Source of the DNA: an uncultured delta proteobacterium
Lineage (GTDB): Bacteria; Myxococcota_A; Polyangia; Polyangiales; Polyangiaceae
Direction of reading: 5' to 3'
Assembly (NCBI GenBank): GCA_963782055.1
Contig: CAWAIF010000003.1
Span: 1,024,001 to 1,088,000 of the forward strand
Length of the DNA: 64,000 nucleotides
Shown here in pieces: positions 1-13,217 of this stretch (within the stretch, counting starts at the first letter, position 1; each line of letters opens with the position of its first letter). A program made the translations under genes and the position numbers. The notes under the pieces were generated by a model. The model was not told the DNA's origin. It worked only from the letters and a program-made list of their open reading frames with translations, and did not search any database.

Positions 1-1
1 C

Positions 2-2098
2 GGCAAGTACGTCTACGTGGCGGACAACGGCCTGCCGATCATCCACGTCTTCGACGCCGGCCAGCCGGGGAGCCTGCAGGAGCTCGCGCCCCTCCTCGTC
101 ACCAGCCGCAACCGGCCGCAGAGCATCGTCACGGCGGGGGAGCTCGCGCTCAGCCCGCCCACGCACGACTACAAGCGTTACCTCTATGCGCTCGACAAGG
201 AGAACGGCAGCCTCATCGTGTACGACGTGACCGACCCGGTCGCCGGGCCGCACACCCCGCTGGAGCGCCCCAACGCCGAGCTCGATCCCTTCAAGGATCC
301 GGACCGCATCAACTTCGGCGTGCCCATCACGACCGTGTCCTTCGCGCGGCACGACTTCCCGCTCAGCACCGACGTGATCGCCACGCCGGGCGGCCTGCTC
401 TGCAACCCCAACCCCAACGTCGGCACGGGCGCCGGCACCTTCACCGACAACAGCGCGGACCCGGTGCACCGCGATCAGGTGCTCGGCGCCAACTACCGCG
501 CCAACGTCACGCAGTCGGTGGACCTTGGTCCTGCGCGCCTGCGCGGCGTCTTCGCCTTCGCCACACTCTCCAACGGCACCGTCGCCGTGATCGACGTGGA
601 CGACTGGGACGCGCCCTGCCGCCGGCCGGCGACGCTCTCCGCGTCGTCCCCCCCGCCCGGCGCCCTGGCGCTGCCGCAGGCGAGCTCCGGCCCGGCCGAT
701 CTGGACCCGTATCACACGCCCGTCGCCGCCTCCGGCGTGGACGGCGGCGCGGAGGAGCAGTACTCGACGCAGGAGGTGAGCTTCCCGGTCGTGGTCCCCA
801 ACGAGCCGCGGTCGCTCAACGCACTCGTCGACGACCCGACGCTGGGAAGCCACTGGCCGCAGGTCGTCGGCACGCCGCTGCTCTACCAGAACGACGCGCC
901 GGTCCCCTCCAACAGCAAGTTCGCGCGCATCATGGCGCCGTACCTCCGGGGGGCCGCGGCCTCCGAGCCGGCGCTCAGCGCCGCCAGCCCGCCGAACATC
1001 CTCTTCTCCTTCGACCGGCTGCAGGCCCAGCTCGACCAGGACTGGACCGTCACCTACGAGGGCGCGCTCCCCGGCTTCGACGGCGTGGCGGCGAACCTCT
1101 CCACCGACGACAGCTTCGCGTCCATCCGCCTCGACAGCACCGACGCGCGCTTCTGCCGCGCCGGCGTCGAGGACCACCGCCTCGGGCAGGCCCGCGTGGC
1201 GGACATGGTCGCCGAGGACTCCGGCGCGCACGTGGGCTCCCAGCTCGCCGAGCGCATCGGTGACTACGTGCAGCTCACCGACGACATCCTCCCCGACACC
1301 GATCCGTACTGGCAGGTGGACAACGACTGCTGGGACGTGGACGTCCAGGTGGGCCAGAACAGCACCGTCAACCTGCAGTCCGCCAAGGACCAGCGGCAGC
1401 CGGTCTGCCAGAACAAGTTCGGCGACGCGGCCACGCAGCTCGGGCAGCGCGACTTCCCCATCCTGGAGGCGTACGAGGACCACGTGGTGGTCGGCCGCTA
1501 CCTCTACAACGACGCCGCCAACCGCCCGACCAACGGCCGGATCATCGCCCCGCGCGACACCTCCTCCCAGGTCGACTTCAAGCTCCTCAAGTGCTGTTTC
1601 CACAACCAGGCGCGCTTCCGCGTCCGCACGGGCGGCGAGTGGGTCGCGGTGGGCTCGCAGAGCGGGTACATGCACCACGTCCAGGCGGACCCCAAGACGC
1701 GCGCGTGCGTGTGGTCCTGCGACCCGAACGAGGTGCTCCTCAATTCGCGCGCCCCGGAGTGGGTGGCCGCGGCCAGCGACACCTCGGCGCCCGACCGCAG
1801 CAGCGCCTACGCCGCGCGGAACCCGATGTTTGCGTTCTACATGCGAGCCCCGCCGCTCGCCAACGCCGACAAGGGGTCCATCTTCACGTACACGACGCGT
1901 GACGCGCTGTGGAAGTGGACCACCACCGGCGGCTACCAGCCGTTCACGGTGAGCCTCACCACCGACACCAACGCGGTCACGCCGCAGTCGATGCGCTACA
2001 TCGCGCCGCTCGGACAGATGGCGGTGGTCGACGGCGCCTCGCAGGGGCTGATGCTCCTGGACCTCAACTCGCTCGCGCTCAGCGCCACCTACTACTAG
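2..2098 (+). CDS. Large hypothetical exported protein, probably partly beta-propeller (5'-truncated by window edge)
   Basis: Frame is open from base 2 (GKYVYVAD...) to TAG at 2098. Blade-like strands (YLYALDKENGSLIVYDV, MAVVDGASQGLMLLDL) and several Cys; ends 5 bp before mutS. Confidence 0.75.
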   Translation, partial: GKYVYVADNGLPIIHVFDAGQPGSLQELAPLLVTSRNRPQSIVTAGELALSPPTHDYKRYLYALDKENGSLIVYDVTDPVAGPHTPLERPNAELDPFKDPDRINFGVPITTVSFARHDFPLSTDVIATPGGLLCNPNPNVGTGAGTFTDNSADPVHRDQVLGANYRANVTQSVDLGPARLRGVFAFATLSNGTVAVIDVDDWDAPCRRPATLSASSPPPGALALPQASSGPADLDPYHTPVAASGVDGGAEEQYSTQEVSFPVVVPNEPRSLNALVDDPTLGSHWPQVVGTPLLYQNDAPVPSNSKFARIMAPYLRGAAASEPALSAASPPNILFSFDRLQAQLDQDWTVTYEGALPGFDGVAANLSTDDSFASIRLDSTDARFCRAGVEDHRLGQARVADMVAEDSGAHVGSQLAERIGDYVQLTDDILPDTDPYWQVDNDCWDVDVQVGQNSTVNLQSAKDQRQPVCQNKFGDAATQLGQRDFPILEAYEDHVVVGRYLYNDAANRPTNGRIIAPRDTSSQVDFKLLKCCFHNQARFRVRTGGEWVAVGSQSGYMHHVQADPKTRACVWSCDPNEVLLNSRAPEWVAAASDTSAPDRSSAYAARNPMFAFYMRAPPLANADKGSIFTYTTRDALWKWTTTGGYQPFTVSLTTDTNAVTPQSMRYIAPLGQMAVVDGASQGLMLLDLNSLALSATYY

Positions 2099-2103
2099 GC
2101 GCC

Positions 2104-4749
2104 ATGCCGAAGGAGGCTGCGGGCGCCGCCACGCCGGTGATGCGGCAGTACCTGGAGGCCAAGGCCCTCCACCCCGACGCGCTGCTCCTCTTCCGGCTGG
2201 GGGACTTCTACGAGCTGTTCTTCGAGGACGCGGTCGTGGCGGCGCGCGCGCTCGACCTCACCCTCACCAGCCGCAACAAGGGCGCGGCGGACCCCATCCC
2301 CATGGCCGGCGTGCCGTACCACGCCGCCAGCGGGTACATCCAGCGGCTGCTCGAGCAGGGCTTCAAGGTGGCCCTCTGCGAGCAGATGGCGGACCCGTCG
2401 AAGGTCAAGGGCATCGTCCCGCGTGAGGTGGTGCGGGTGGTGACGCCAGGGATCGTCTTCGACGACGCGGGCCTGAGCGCGCGGCGGAACCACTACGTGG
2501 CCGCCATCGAGCGCACGGCCGAGTCCTTCGGCGTCGCGGCGCTGGACATGTCGACGGGGGAGCTCGCCGCGTGCGACACGCCGGACGAGTCCGCCGCCGC
2601 CGCCGAGCTGCTCCGCCTGGATCCGGCCGAGGTGCTCGTCGGGCCGGGCGCCGAGTCCGCGGTCGCCCCCCTGCGCGAGCGCCGCCCGCGCCTCGCGGTG
2701 CGCGAGGTGCCCGGGCCGATGGAGGACGCCGCCGCGCGGGAGGCGGTGGACGCGCTCGTCGCGAAGGGCGAGGCGAAGCGGAGCGGGGCGAGCCCGGCGG
2801 CGCTGCGGGCGGCGGCGCGCGTGCTCCTGCTGGCGCGCGAGTGCGAGGCCGGCCGGGCGTCGCCGGTCGTCCGCCTCGCCGCGTACACGCTGGGCGATAC
2901 CCTGCTGCTGGACGAGGCGACGCAGTCGCACCTGGAGCTCGTCCGGACGATGGCGGGCGAGACCGAGGGATCGCTCCTCGCGCAGGTGGACGAGACGCGC
3001 ACCGGGCCGGGCGCGCGGCTGCTCCGCCGCCGGCTCCTCGCGCCTCGCACCGATGTGACGGAGGTGCGCCGGCGGCTGGACGCGGTGGAGTTCTTCGTCA
3101 CCCAGCCGGGCCTGCGGCGGGAGGTGCGCGAGCGCCTCGGGGAGGTGCGCGACCTGGAGCGGCTGGTGGTGAAGGCGACGATGGGGCGCGCCGGCCCGCG
3201 CGATCTCGCGGCGCTCCGGGCCTCCCTCGCGGTGCTCCCGGCGCTGCGCGATGCCCTGGAGGCGTGCCCGGACCCGACGGGCCGCGAGGCGTTCGGGATC
3301 GGGCCGGGGGTGCCGTGGCTGGACACGTGCGGCGAGCTCGGCGCCCTGCTGGACGCGCGCGTCGCGCCGGACCCGCCCCTGCGCGTCACGGAGGGCGGGG
3401 CGATGCGGGAGGGCTTCGACCCCGCGCTGGACGAGTCGCGCGCGCTGATGCGCGACGGGCAGCGGCTCATCGTCGACCTGGAGGCGCGCCTGCGGGAGTC
3501 GACCCAGATCGGCAGCCTGAAGCTGCGCTACACGCGCGTCTTCGGCTGGTACGCGGAGGTCACGCGCACGCACGCGGCGAAGGTGCCCCAGGCCTGGCGT
3601 CGCAAGCAGACGGTGGCCACGGGCGAGCGCTACACCACCGAGGAGCTGGACGACCTCGCCGACAAGCTCGCGCACGCCGAGGAGCGCGCGCAGGCGCGGG
3701 AGGCGGAGCTGTTCGAGGACACGGTGCGCGCGGTGGCGAGGGAGGCGGAGCGCGTGCGTCGCACCGCCGCGCGGGTCGCGGAGCTGGACGTCACCGCGGC
3801 GCTGGCGGAGGTCGCCCACCAGCGCGACTACTGCCGCCCGGAGGTGGACGACTCGCTGCGCCTGGAGCTACAGGACGCGCGCCACCCGGTCGTCGAGCGG
3901 CTCGCCGCCGAGGGCCGCTTCGTGCCCAACGACGTGACGCTCGACGCCTCCCCGGACGCCGACGAGGCGCGCCTGTGGCTGGTCACCGGCCCCAACATGG
4001 CGGGCAAGTCCACGCTCATGCGGCAGGTGGCCCTGGCGGTCATCCTCGCGCAGATGGGCTCCTTCGTCCCCGCGCGCCGCGCGCACGTGGGCGTCGTCGA
4101 CAGAGTGCTGACGCGCGTCGGCGCGAGCGACAACCTCTCCCGCGGGGAGAGCACCTTCATGGTGGAGATGAAGGAGACGGCCAACGTGCTGCGCCGGGCG
4201 ACGGCGCGATCGCTGGTGGTGCTGGACGAGATCGGCCGCGGCACCTCCACCTACGACGGCCTGTCCATCGCGTGGGCCGTCGCCGAGCACCTGCACGACA
4301 TCGCCGGCTGCCGCGCCATGTTCGCCACGCACTACCACGAGCTCACCGAGCTGGCGGCGACGCTCGCCGGTTGCGAGAACTGGAGCGTCTCGGCGCGGGA
4401 GCACGCCGGCGAGATCGTCTTCTTGCACAAGCTCCAGCGCGGGGCCGCCTCCCGCAGCTACGGCGTCGCGTGCGCGCGCCTCGCCGGGGTGCCGGAGCCG
4501 GTGCTCGCCCGCGCGCGCGCCATCCTGGCGGACCTCGAGCGCGGCGCGGCGCTGCCTGGCGGCGCGCACGCGAGCCTGCGAGGCCGCACCGCCGCCGGCC
4601 GCGCGCAGCTGGACCTCTTCGCCCGGGGCGCGCCGCCGCCGGCCGCGCCTGACCCGGCGCTGGAGACGCTGCGCGCGGTGGACGTGGACCGGCTCACGCC
4701 GCTCGAGGCGCTGCAGCTCGTGGCGAGCCTGAAGAAACAGCTCACGTGA
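2104..4749 (+). CDS. mutS: DNA mismatch repair protein MutS
   Basis: TPVMRQY...FRLGDFYELF mismatch-binding motif, Walker A TGPNMAGKST, STFMVEM, DEIGRGTST, FATHYHEL, C-terminal clamp motif QLDLF. Start placed at ATG 2104. Confidence 0.97.
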   Translation: MPKEAAGAATPVMRQYLEAKALHPDALLLFRLGDFYELFFEDAVVAARALDLTLTSRNKGAADPIPMAGVPYHAASGYIQRLLEQGFKVALCEQMADPSKVKGIVPREVVRVVTPGIVFDDAGLSARRNHYVAAIERTAESFGVAALDMSTGELAACDTPDESAAAAELLRLDPAEVLVGPGAESAVAPLRERRPRLAVREVPGPMEDAAAREAVDALVAKGEAKRSGASPAALRAAARVLLLARECEAGRASPVVRLAAYTLGDTLLLDEATQSHLELVRTMAGETEGSLLAQVDETRTGPGARLLRRRLLAPRTDVTEVRRRLDAVEFFVTQPGLRREVRERLGEVRDLERLVVKATMGRAGPRDLAALRASLAVLPALRDALEACPDPTGREAFGIGPGVPWLDTCGELGALLDARVAPDPPLRVTEGGAMREGFDPALDESRALMRDGQRLIVDLEARLRESTQIGSLKLRYTRVFGWYAEVTRTHAAKVPQAWRRKQTVATGERYTTEELDDLADKLAHAEERAQAREAELFEDTVRAVAREAERVRRTAARVAELDVTAALAEVAHQRDYCRPEVDDSLRLELQDARHPVVERLAAEGRFVPNDVTLDASPDADEARLWLVTGPNMAGKSTLMRQVALAVILAQMGSFVPARRAHVGVVDRVLTRVGASDNLSRGESTFMVEMKETANVLRRATARSLVVLDEIGRGTSTYDGLSIAWAVAEHLHDIAGCRAMFATHYHELTELAATLAGCENWSVSAREHAGEIVFLHKLQRGAASRSYGVACARLAGVPEPVLARARAILADLERGAALPGGAHASLRGRTAAGRAQLDLFARGAPPPAAPDPALETLRAVDVDRLTPLEALQLVASLKKQLT

Positions 4750-5642
4750 CCGCCTCCTCCTCGCCCGCCCGCGGAGCCCTGGGCGGATACCTCATGGTGA
4801 TCGCCGCCGCGACGTCGTGGGGGTGCTGGCCGTTCATCCTGCGCCACGCGGAGCGCTTCGGCCCGGTGGACGCGCGCCTGGAGTCGGCGGTCGTCATGAT
4901 CACCCTCACGCTGGTGACGCTGCCGCTCGCGCTGCGATCGCGCGGGGCGTCGCGGCGGCGCACGGCGGCCGGGTGGCTCGGCGTGGCGTGGCTCGGCGTG
5001 AGCGACGCCCTCAACGTCGTCCTCCTCTTCACCGCCTACAGGACGACGAGCGTGAGCATCGCGGTGCTCACGCACTACCTCACACCGGTGCTCGTCGCCG
5101 TGGCCGCGCCGCTGGTGCTCGCCGAGCGCGCCACGCGTACGACGCTCCTTTCGGTCGTGGTCGCCGTGCTCGGGCTGCTGCTCCTGCTGCGTCCGTGGGA
5201 GGTCTCCGCCGCCCCGCACGACGCGCTGGGCGCGGCGTTCGGCGCCGGCAGCGCGGTCTTCTACGCCTCCAACGTGCTGGTCAACAAGCGCCTCGCCGGC
5301 GGCTTCACGCCCGCCGAGCTGATGGGCTACCACGGCGTCGTCGCCGCGCCGCTGCTGGCGGCGCTGGTACCCGCGGCGGCGTGGCACGCCGTGGCGTGGC
5401 CGTCGCTCGGCGTGCTGGTGCTCGGCGGGCTGGGGCCCGGGGCGATCGCGGGGCTGCTCTTCGTGGGCGCGCTGCACCGTGTCCCGGCGAGCCACGCCTC
5501 GACGCTGACGCTGCTGGAGCCGCTCGTCGCGGTGCTCTTCGCCGTGGTCACCTTGCACGAGCGCCTTTCGGTGCTCGCCGTGGTGGGAGCTGCCATGATC
5601 CTGGGCGGCGCCGTTGCCGTGATGCGTCAAGCGCCGACCTGA
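4746..5642 (+). CDS. EamA/DMT family transporter
   Basis: About 10 hydrophobic helices in two repeats; ASTLTLLEPLVAVLFAVVTLHE motif; GTGA overlap with the mutS stop. Confidence 0.88.
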   Translation: MTASSSPARGALGGYLMVIAAATSWGCWPFILRHAERFGPVDARLESAVVMITLTLVTLPLALRSRGASRRRTAAGWLGVAWLGVSDALNVVLLFTAYRTTSVSIAVLTHYLTPVLVAVAAPLVLAERATRTTLLSVVVAVLGLLLLLRPWEVSAAPHDALGAAFGAGSAVFYASNVLVNKRLAGGFTPAELMGYHGVVAAPLLAALVPAAAWHAVAWPSLGVLVLGGLGPGAIAGLLFVGALHRVPASHASTLTLLEPLVAVLFAVVTLHERLSVLAVVGAAMILGGAVAVMRQAPT

Positions 5643-5770
5643 TGTGCGCCCATGTGCGCGCCCACAATCGAAGTGCGCCATCGGTGGTGCTGCCGTACGA
5701 TTCCACACGGTGCGCGCTGCGCTGCGCGGTTCCCGCCGTCGTGATGGATCGCTTGCTTCGGAGGCGTGAG

Positions 5771-7588
5771 ATGAGGTTTCGCTGGGTCTCGGTCGGTTCC
5801 ATTCTTCTGCTCGCCACATGCGCCGCGTGCGGCGGCTCCGATCCGAGCAAGTTCGGCGAGGGCACCGACGGCGGGCCGGCCACCGACAGCGGGGTGCCCG
5901 GCGACGATGGCGGCGACCCCTTCGGCAACGTGGACGGAGGCGACGGCGGCGGCAAGAAGCTCGGCTGCAGCGGGGACCTTCGCAACGTCATCGACGAGCA
6001 GGGCGTCGTGCAGACGACGTGTCCGCCCGACCAGGGCTGCGCCGGCGGCAAGTGCATCGCCGCGTGCGACGCGGCCGCCGCCAGCAGGGGCAGCGTCGGG
6101 TGCGACTACGTCGTGCCGACGCCGTCCTTCTACGCCTACATCAAGCCGCCGTGCTTCGCGGTCTTCGTGGCCAACAACTGGCCGAAGGACGTCATGCTCA
6201 CCGTCACGCGCGGCGGCACGAGCTACGACGTCACCAAGTTCGGCCGCATCCCGCAGTCGGGCACTCCCGTCACGAGCTGGCCGGCCGTCCCGTCGACCGG
6301 CCTCCCCGCGGGCAAGGTGGCCATCCTCTTCATGTCCGACGATCCCAACTCGGTGAACGGCGGGCCGCTCACCTGCCCGATCACCCCGGCGATCCGCCAG
6401 ACCTACGGCACCGCCATCAGCGGCTCCGGCGGCGGGCCGAACGTCACCGGCCGCGGCGAGGCGTGGCACATCGTCAGCAGCGTCCCGGTCACCAACTACG
6501 ACATCCTGCCGTACGGCGGCGCCAGCTCCTACCTGCCCAGCGCCGAGCTGCTCTTTCCCACCACCGCGTGGGGCACCAACTACTTCGGCGTCGTCCCCCA
6601 GCGCGGCAACTCCAGCCCGCAGTGGGGCCAGATCGTGGCCTACAAGGACAACACCCAGGTCACCGTCTTCCCCAACGTCGCGCTCCCCTCCGGCACCAAC
6701 GTCGTCGCGGCCCCCGCCAACAAGCAGACCACCTACACGCTCAAGGCGGGCGAGTACGTCCAGTGGCAGGAGTCGAACGAGATGAGCGGCACGGTCATCC
6801 AGTCGACCAACCCCATCGGCTTCTTCGGTGGCCTCGGCTACGACTGCTACTCCTCCAAGACCTCCAGCGGCGGCGGCTGCGACTCCGCCCACCAGGAGGT
6901 GCCGCCGGTGTCCGCCTACGGCTCGGAGTACGCCATCCCGCCGTACACGACGCGCATGGCGAGCAAGCAGGACGAGTCCATCCGCTACCGCTTCGTCGGG
7001 GCGGTCAAGGGGACCAACCTCACCTACAGCCCGCAGATCGCCGGCGCGCCCGCGTCGCTCGCTGTCGGGCAGGTCGTCGATTTCGAGGCGACGGGGCCCT
7101 TCGTGGTGAAGGCGCAGGACAACGACCACCCCTTCTTCGTCGGGCAGGTCATGTCGGGCTGCAGCGTCTCCGGCGGAAGCGTGGGCGGCGGCTGCCTCGG
7201 CGACGAGGAGTACGTGAACATCCTCGCGCCCGCGCAGTTCCTCACCAAGTACGTCTTCTTCACCGACCCGACCTACAAGACCACCAACCTGGTCTTCACC
7301 CGCGTGAAGAACGGCAGCGGCTTCCACGACGTGAAGCTGGACTGTGCGGGCACGCTCACCGGCTGGAAGCCGCTCGGCGGCACGGGCAACTACGAGATCA
7401 CCAACATCGATCTCATCCGCAACGGCACCAAGAACGGCACGTGCGACAACGGCCCGCACACCGCGTCGAGCGACGGCCCCTTCGGCATCATGGTCTGGGG
7501 CCTCGACACCTACTCCTCGTACGCGTACCCGGCCGGCGGCAACATCGCGCCGATCAACACCGTCGTCGTGCCCCCGCAGCCGCATTGA
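5771..7588 (+). CDS. IgGFc-binding-domain lipoprotein
   Basis: Signal peptide with lipobox-like (LATCAAC), Gly/Asp linker, Cys-rich region, then IgGFc_binding-like motifs (LLFPTTAWGTNY, HQEVPPVSAYGSEY, SYAYPAG). GGAGG before ATG 5771. Confidence 0.8.
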   Translation: MRFRWVSVGSILLLATCAACGGSDPSKFGEGTDGGPATDSGVPGDDGGDPFGNVDGGDGGGKKLGCSGDLRNVIDEQGVVQTTCPPDQGCAGGKCIAACDAAAASRGSVGCDYVVPTPSFYAYIKPPCFAVFVANNWPKDVMLTVTRGGTSYDVTKFGRIPQSGTPVTSWPAVPSTGLPAGKVAILFMSDDPNSVNGGPLTCPITPAIRQTYGTAISGSGGGPNVTGRGEAWHIVSSVPVTNYDILPYGGASSYLPSAELLFPTTAWGTNYFGVVPQRGNSSPQWGQIVAYKDNTQVTVFPNVALPSGTNVVAAPANKQTTYTLKAGEYVQWQESNEMSGTVIQSTNPIGFFGGLGYDCYSSKTSSGGGCDSAHQEVPPVSAYGSEYAIPPYTTRMASKQDESIRYRFVGAVKGTNLTYSPQIAGAPASLAVGQVVDFEATGPFVVKAQDNDHPFFVGQVMSGCSVSGGSVGGGCLGDEEYVNILAPAQFLTKYVFFTDPTYKTTNLVFTRVKNGSGFHDVKLDCAGTLTGWKPLGGTGNYEITNIDLIRNGTKNGTCDNGPHTASSDGPFGIMVWGLDTYSSYAYPAGGNIAPINTVVVPPQPH

Positions 7589-7595
7589 GCCGCAG

Positions 7596-7626
7596 CCCCC
7601 GGCCCCCTCTCCCTGCGAGGGAGAGG
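7596..7626. repeat. REP-like palindromic repeat, copy 1
   Basis: CCCCCGGCCCCCTCTCCC-TGCGA-GGGAGAGG hairpin between convergent genes; related copies at 45551 and 59611. Confidence 0.65.
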
Positions 7627-7635
7627 CTCCCCATT

Positions 7636-9114
7636 TCAGCGGCTGGGGTTGGTGTCCACGCAGGTGGCACCCTCCGGGCGCACCGCCACCTCGTCGGCCG
7701 GGAGGCCCAGGTCGGCGGCCAGGTGGCGGCCGGTGTCGCGCAGCGCCTCCTCCGCCACCTCCCGGAAGACGGCGAGCTTCGCCTCGTCGGCGAGCACCAC
7801 GTGAAACTGCCGTAGCCGCGTCCCGCCGAGGGCGAGGTGCCACTTGAGCGCGGTCATCATCGCGCTGGCGCACGTCTCCATGGTCACCCGCGCGACGCCC
7901 GTGCCGAGGGCGGGCACCGCGAGCGAGCGCAGGCCCAGCTCGTCGGCGAGCAGCAGGCTGCGGAGCATCGCCCGCGCGACGCACGAGGCCTCGTTCCAGG
8001 CGCTCACCGCGTGCAGCACGTACTTCGCCGAGAGCTTCCCCGCGGTGGTCGCCACGCAGCTCCCCAGCGGCTGCTGGCCGTCCTTCGTCGCCTCCTTCTC
8101 GATGACGTCGCCGCCCTTCTGGCGCAGCGCCTTGCCCACCCCGGTGCGCATGGTCATCTCGTAGTTGCTCGAGTTGACGATCCCGTCGGCGCGCGCGTCG
8201 GCGATGTCCCCCGCGCTGAAGTGGATGGTGCACTCGCCGATGCGGAAGGTGTGCCGCTCGACGAACACCACCGGCGCGCGGTTCACGTTCTGTCCGAGGG
8301 TGTGCTCCAGCTGCGCGAACTGCCGCGCGGGCTCGCGCAGGTCCGCCGGGCGGTGCTCCTCGTCCTTGGAGAGCATGTCGGAGAGGACGTGCTGGAAGTA
8401 CGCCTCCGCCGGGGTGTGCGGCGCCGGCATGCGCGGCGGACGTGCGGGATCGAGCGTCTGGTCCACCGTCTCGAAGGGCGGCTTCCCGTAGCGGAGGTCA
8501 CACGCGGTGGCGCCGGCGCCCCACACGTCGGTGCGACGGGAGACCTTGCCGTTGGCGAGCTGCTCCGGCGCCATGAAGCGCAGCGTGCCGGACACCTCCT
8601 TCGTCTCCTCGGCGTTCCTGACGGCGATCCCGAAGTCCCCGAGGCGAATGCCCGTCTCCGGCGTGGCGAAGAGATTGGACGGCTTGACGTCGCGGTGCAC
8701 CACGCCCGCCTGGTGCGCGGCCTGGAGCGCCTCGCACGACTGCTTCATCACGTGGCACACGAACCAGAGCGGCAGCCCGATGCCCAGTGACGCGCGGCGG
8801 CGGCGGTCCAGCTCGGCCAGGTCGATGCCGTCGACGTACTCCTGCACCAGGTACGGGATGTTGCCGTGCGTCCCCGCGTCGATGGCACGCACGACGTGGG
8901 GGTTGGTGATGCGCGCCATGAAGCGCGCCTCGTTGAGCACGCGCTCCGCCTCGCGTCCGGCCATCGTGCCGCTCGGGAAGTCGGCGCGCAGCGTCTTGAT
9001 GATGACCGGTACGCAGAGCACGGTGTGCTTGGCGAGCCACACCTCGCTCATCCCGCCCTCGCCGAGCCTCCCCCAGATCTCGTAGTCGCGAATGCGCGCC
9101 GGCAGCGTGCTCAT
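7636..9114 (-). CDS. Ser/Thr protein kinase fused to a C-terminal macrodomain
   Basis: Kinase: GEGGMSEV, VIIK, HRDVKPSN, DFG, MAPE. Macrodomain: GDIADARADGIVNSSN, TTAGKLSAKYVLHAV, SLAVPALGTG. Confidence 0.9.
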   Translation of the reverse strand: MSTLPARIRDYEIWGRLGEGGMSEVWLAKHTVLCVPVIIKTLRADFPSGTMAGREAERVLNEARFMARITNPHVVRAIDAGTHGNIPYLVQEYVDGIDLAELDRRRRASLGIGLPLWFVCHVMKQSCEALQAAHQAGVVHRDVKPSNLFATPETGIRLGDFGIAVRNAEETKEVSGTLRFMAPEQLANGKVSRRTDVWGAGATACDLRYGKPPFETVDQTLDPARPPRMPAPHTPAEAYFQHVLSDMLSKDEEHRPADLREPARQFAQLEHTLGQNVNRAPVVFVERHTFRIGECTIHFSAGDIADARADGIVNSSNYEMTMRTGVGKALRQKGGDVIEKEATKDGQQPLGSCVATTAGKLSAKYVLHAVSAWNEASCVARAMLRSLLLADELGLRSLAVPALGTGVARVTMETCASAMMTALKWHLALGGTRLRQFHVVLADEAKLAVFREVAEEALRDTGRHLAADLGLPADEVAVRPEGATCVDTNPSR

Positions 9115-9218
9115 GGCGCCATCGTAGCATTCCGCCCCGCCGTCTCCCCTCAGCCTCGCGGCGGCACCCCGAGGAATTCACCTCACCCGGGGCGGGGCGG
9201 CGGGTGCCGCCCCGGCGA

Positions 9219-12101
<2,883 letters not shown>

Positions 12102-12185
12102 GGGACAACCTCGCAGAGTCGAAAAAACTGGCCGCCTATGTAGCACAGCGCGGCCGGCCGCGACGCGCCCTCCCGGCGCGCATCC

Positions 12186-13217
12186 TCAGAAGGCGCCGAG
12201 GACACCGAAGACCACGCCGCTCTCCGCGTGCCCGCCGCGGTCCCCGGCGCCGACGAGAGGCGTCACCGTCGGCATGATCCACGCTCCGGCCGCGGCTGAG
12301 CCGTGCTTGTCGGCGTCCCCGGGGTTGGTCGGGGCGCCGAGGAGGTCCGGGGGGAGCTCGCGCCGCCGCGTCCCGTGGATGTCGGGCACGTAGTGCCACT
12401 GCGCCTCCACGACGCCGGCGATCATGGTGGCGGCGAGGGCCCCGAGCACCACCAGATCCGCCGTGCGGATGTCCCCCGCGCGGTGGGCGTAGAAGTTGTA
12501 GACCTGCGTCTTGTAATTCGCCGAGGTGGTGCTGTCGTCGGCGAGCGCGCCGTAGGCGCTGTCCACGCTCAGGCGGTAGCTGACGAAGAGCACGCCCGAG
12601 GCGACGATCATCGCCGCCTCCGAGCCGAAGAAGAGCCCGCCGAGCACCGGCTTGCCGTTCTGGAACTGGCCCACCCCGAAGGGGAGCATGGCGATCCAGC
12701 GCGAGTGGTGGTCGGTGTAGGCTTCCGTCGAGGCGAGCTCCCGCAGCTTGCGGAGCTGCTCCGCTTGCCGCGCCTTCTCCGCGGCTTCCGCCGCGCGCTT
12801 CGCGGCCTCCTGCCGGGCCTTCTCCTCGGCCTGGTGCTGCAGCACGCCGCGCAGCTTGGACTGCTCGTCGGTGAAGGTGTTGAGGACGTCGGTGGGGTAG
12901 GTGAGCGGGTCCGGCTGGTACTGCGGGTTCTTGCGGATGACCTTCTCGAAGAGGCCGGTCGCTTCCTTCTTCTTCCCCAGCGCGATGTCGACGGCGCCCC
13001 AGCACATCTGCGCCTCGATGATGACGTCGGGGCTGTGGAGCGTGCCGGTCGCCGGGTCGAGCATCGCCCGGAAGCGGGTGTCGGCGTCCTGGTAGTCCTT
13101 CTTCAGGTAGGCGTTGCGCGCCTTCTCGAAGTCGGCGCGCTCGTCGGCGCGGGCCACGCCCGCCGTCGCGAGGATCGCGACGAAGAGCGCGGCGGCGAGG
13201 GCGAAGCGTCTACGCAT
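12186..13217 (-). CDS. Exported TPR-like protein with C-terminal hydrophobic segments
   Basis: Signal peptide (MRRRFALAAALFVAILA...ARA), TPR-like helices, coiled coil, LPFGVGQFQNG motif and hydrophobic segments. Confidence 0.75.
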   Translation of the reverse strand: MRRRFALAAALFVAILATAGVARADERADFEKARNAYLKKDYQDADTRFRAMLDPATGTLHSPDVIIEAQMCWGAVDIALGKKKEATGLFEKVIRKNPQYQPDPLTYPTDVLNTFTDEQSKLRGVLQHQAEEKARQEAAKRAAEAAEKARQAEQLRKLRELASTEAYTDHHSRWIAMLPFGVGQFQNGKPVLGGLFFGSEAAMIVASGVLFVSYRLSVDSAYGALADDSTTSANYKTQVYNFYAHRAGDIRTADLVVLGALAATMIAGVVEAQWHYVPDIHGTRRRELPPDLLGAPTNPGDADKHGSAAAGAWIMPTVTPLVGAGDRGGHAESGVVFGVLGAF

